Source: Acidocella sp. (GTDB taxonomy: Bacteria > Pseudomonadota > Alphaproteobacteria > Acetobacterales > Acetobacteraceae). From it: a stretch of DNA of 64,000 bases. This document shows, piece after piece, positions 62,434-64,000 of this stretch. The translations under genes were made by a program, and so were the position numbers. Below the pieces are notes generated by a model that was not told where the DNA came from, ran no database searches, and saw only the letters and a list, made by a program, of their open reading frames with translations. Within the stretch, counting starts at the first letter, position 1, and every line of letters begins with the position of its first letter. The stretch is from positions 3,589 through 67,588 of the forward strand of contig DATJHR010000119.1 in assembly GCA_035493735.1 (NCBI GenBank), written 5' to 3'.

Positions 62434-63093
62434 GTGGAAGGTGACCATCGGACCTTCGTCCGGCAGCATACGACGTTGTCCTCCGCGCGGCTGGTGCCGG
62501 ACATCAAACTGCATCTTGCCACGGAGATCACGCCGCTCTGGCTGGCGAGCGAGGCGTTCCTGCAGGCGCATGACATGCCGCCGCCTTTCTGGGCCTTTGC
62601 CTGGCCGGGTTCGGAGGCGCTGGCGCGCCATGTCGCCGACCACCCGGCGCTGGTGGCAGGGAAAAAGGTGCTGGATTTCGCGGCCGGTAGTGGGCTGGCC
62701 GGGATTGCTTGCGCCAAGGCCGGGGCGGTGCGGGTGGAAGCCGCGGAGATCGACCCGTTCGCGGCCGCGGCGATCGCCCTCAATGCCGCGGAAAATCATT
62801 GTGACGTCACAGTGCTGCTCGACGATGTCGTGGGCGCGCCGTGCCGCTGGGACGTGTTGCTGTGCGGCGATGTGTGCTACGAGGCGCCGATGGCCCGGCA
62901 CATCATGCCGTGGCTGCGGCGCTGCGCCGGGCAGGCAGTGGTGCTGCTGGCGGATCCGGGCCGGAAATATGCCCCAGATGAAGGCACGCGGGTGGCGCGC
63001 TACGAGGTGCCGACCAGCCTGGATCTTGAGGATTCCGCGAGCCGTTGGGTCGAGCTGATGCGCCTCGAACCGGTTGCGGAAGGTGAACGATAG
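62434..63093 (+). CDS. Class I SAM-dependent protein methyltransferase (family 16/PrmA-like)
   Basis: PPFWAFAWPG..ALAR, VLDFAAGSG, GDVCYE, ADPGR.Y. Confidence 0.88.
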   Translation: MEGDHRTFVRQHTTLSSARLVPDIKLHLATEITPLWLASEAFLQAHDMPPPFWAFAWPGSEALARHVADHPALVAGKKVLDFAAGSGLAGIACAKAGAVRVEAAEIDPFAAAAIALNAAENHCDVTVLLDDVVGAPCRWDVLLCGDVCYEAPMARHIMPWLRRCAGQAVVLLADPGRKYAPDEGTRVARYEVPTSLDLEDSASRWVELMRLEPVAEGER

Positions 63094-63226
63094 GGAGGGG
63101 CTATGCATTCATCGATTGCATTGCAGGCCTCTGCGCATGGGGGGCCTGCGGCGTTGACCCTGCCAGACCCGGGGACTAAGCAACTGCAGCATAAATTTTA
63201 GTAACGACCTCTTAGAAAGGTTTGCT

Positions 63227-63658
63227 ATGTCCGATGTCCGCGAAGCCCTGATGGTGGGGCGCAATTCGGAGGGGAAACTGGTTCGCCGCCCTCTGTCGCC
63301 ACATTTACAGGTCTACAAGCCGCAATTGTCCTCGGTGACATCGATTTTTCATCGCGGCACGGGCATCGCTCTGGGCGTCGGTACGTTGCTGCTCACCGCC
63401 TGGCTGGTTTGCGCCGCCACCAGTGACGGCGCCTTTTCCGTTATCCAGTCATTGTTCGCGACCTGGATCGGCATCCTCGTGCTGATCGGCTTCACCGTCG
63501 CGCTGTTCTATCATTTTTGCAACGGCATCCGCCATTTGCTGTGGGATGCCGGGCGTGGATTCGAGCTGCCGGACATGCATCGCAATGGCCGGCTCGTGTT
63601 CGCGGCGACGGCGGTGCTCACGGTCGCGTTCTGGATCATCGCGTTTTTGGTGTGGTGA
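63227..63658 (+). CDS. sdhC: Succinate dehydrogenase cytochrome b556 subunit
   Basis: RPLSPHLQVY, SIFHRGTG, H..NGIRHL.WD. Confidence 0.95.
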   Translation: MSDVREALMVGRNSEGKLVRRPLSPHLQVYKPQLSSVTSIFHRGTGIALGVGTLLLTAWLVCAATSDGAFSVIQSLFATWIGILVLIGFTVALFYHFCNGIRHLLWDAGRGFELPDMHRNGRLVFAATAVLTVAFWIIAFLVW

Positions 63659-63664
63659 ATGAAC

Positions 63665-64000
63665 ATGGATAAGCACAACACTTCCTCGATCCACGCTCCC
63701 TCAATTCATGTCATGCGCAGCCAGCTCAGCCGGGCGCGCGGCCTCGGTTCGGCGAAATCCGGGCTGCATCACTGGTGGATGCAGCGCATCACCGCCATCG
63801 CACTTCTGCCGCTCTCGCTCTATTTCGTGCTCTCGGTGCTGATGCTGGCCGGCGCCTCGCGCGCTGAAATGGCGGCCTTCATGGCGGAACCCTGGAACAC
63901 GGTCCTGTATCTCTGCCTGATCGCCGCTCTGTTTTATCATCTGGCGCTCGGCATGCAGGTGGTCATCGAAGACTATGTCCATAACGAGGCGAAGCGGCGC
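63665..64000 (+). CDS. sdhD: Succinate dehydrogenase membrane anchor (runs off window end)
   Basis: Hand translation: RARGLGSAKSGLHHWWMQRITA...YHLALGMQVVIEDYVH. Confidence 0.92.
   Translation, partial: MDKHNTSSIHAPSIHVMRSQLSRARGLGSAKSGLHHWWMQRITAIALLPLSLYFVLSVLMLAGASRAEMAAFMAEPWNTVLYLCLIAALFYHLALGMQVVIEDYVHNEAKRR

Overview
High-GC alphaproteobacterial chromosome segment, most likely Acetobacteraceae (Acidocella/Acidiphilium-like; inferred from protein style and gene order, not from a search). It is mostly housekeeping: rsmB, tRNA-Ala(CGC), hpnN-like MMPL, pheST, pal-cpoB-tilS-ftsH, panB, dapA-smpB, folK-rpoZ-rel-acpS, lepB-rnc-era, pnp, mtnBDC-lnt, xseA/purD, msbA-like, lgt, sdhCD. No transposase, integrase or CRISPR array was seen. 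The dominant unexplained structure is a ~130-175 bp three-hairpin palindromic element at 11 loci (12 pieces). It occupies 9 of the 10 convergent gene junctions, usually begins and ends at the TA of flanking stop codons, shows compensatory base-pair changes, and has modular arms. At one locus it is split into ~60 bp direct repeats around a membrane diguanylate cyclase gene, which suggests a repeat-borne gene cassette. Two genes carry single in-frame TAG stops: the bifunctional (p)ppGpp enzyme Rel and a TPR-glycosyltransferase in an AT-richer island. A Sel1-repeat gene appears truncated at a repeat copy.
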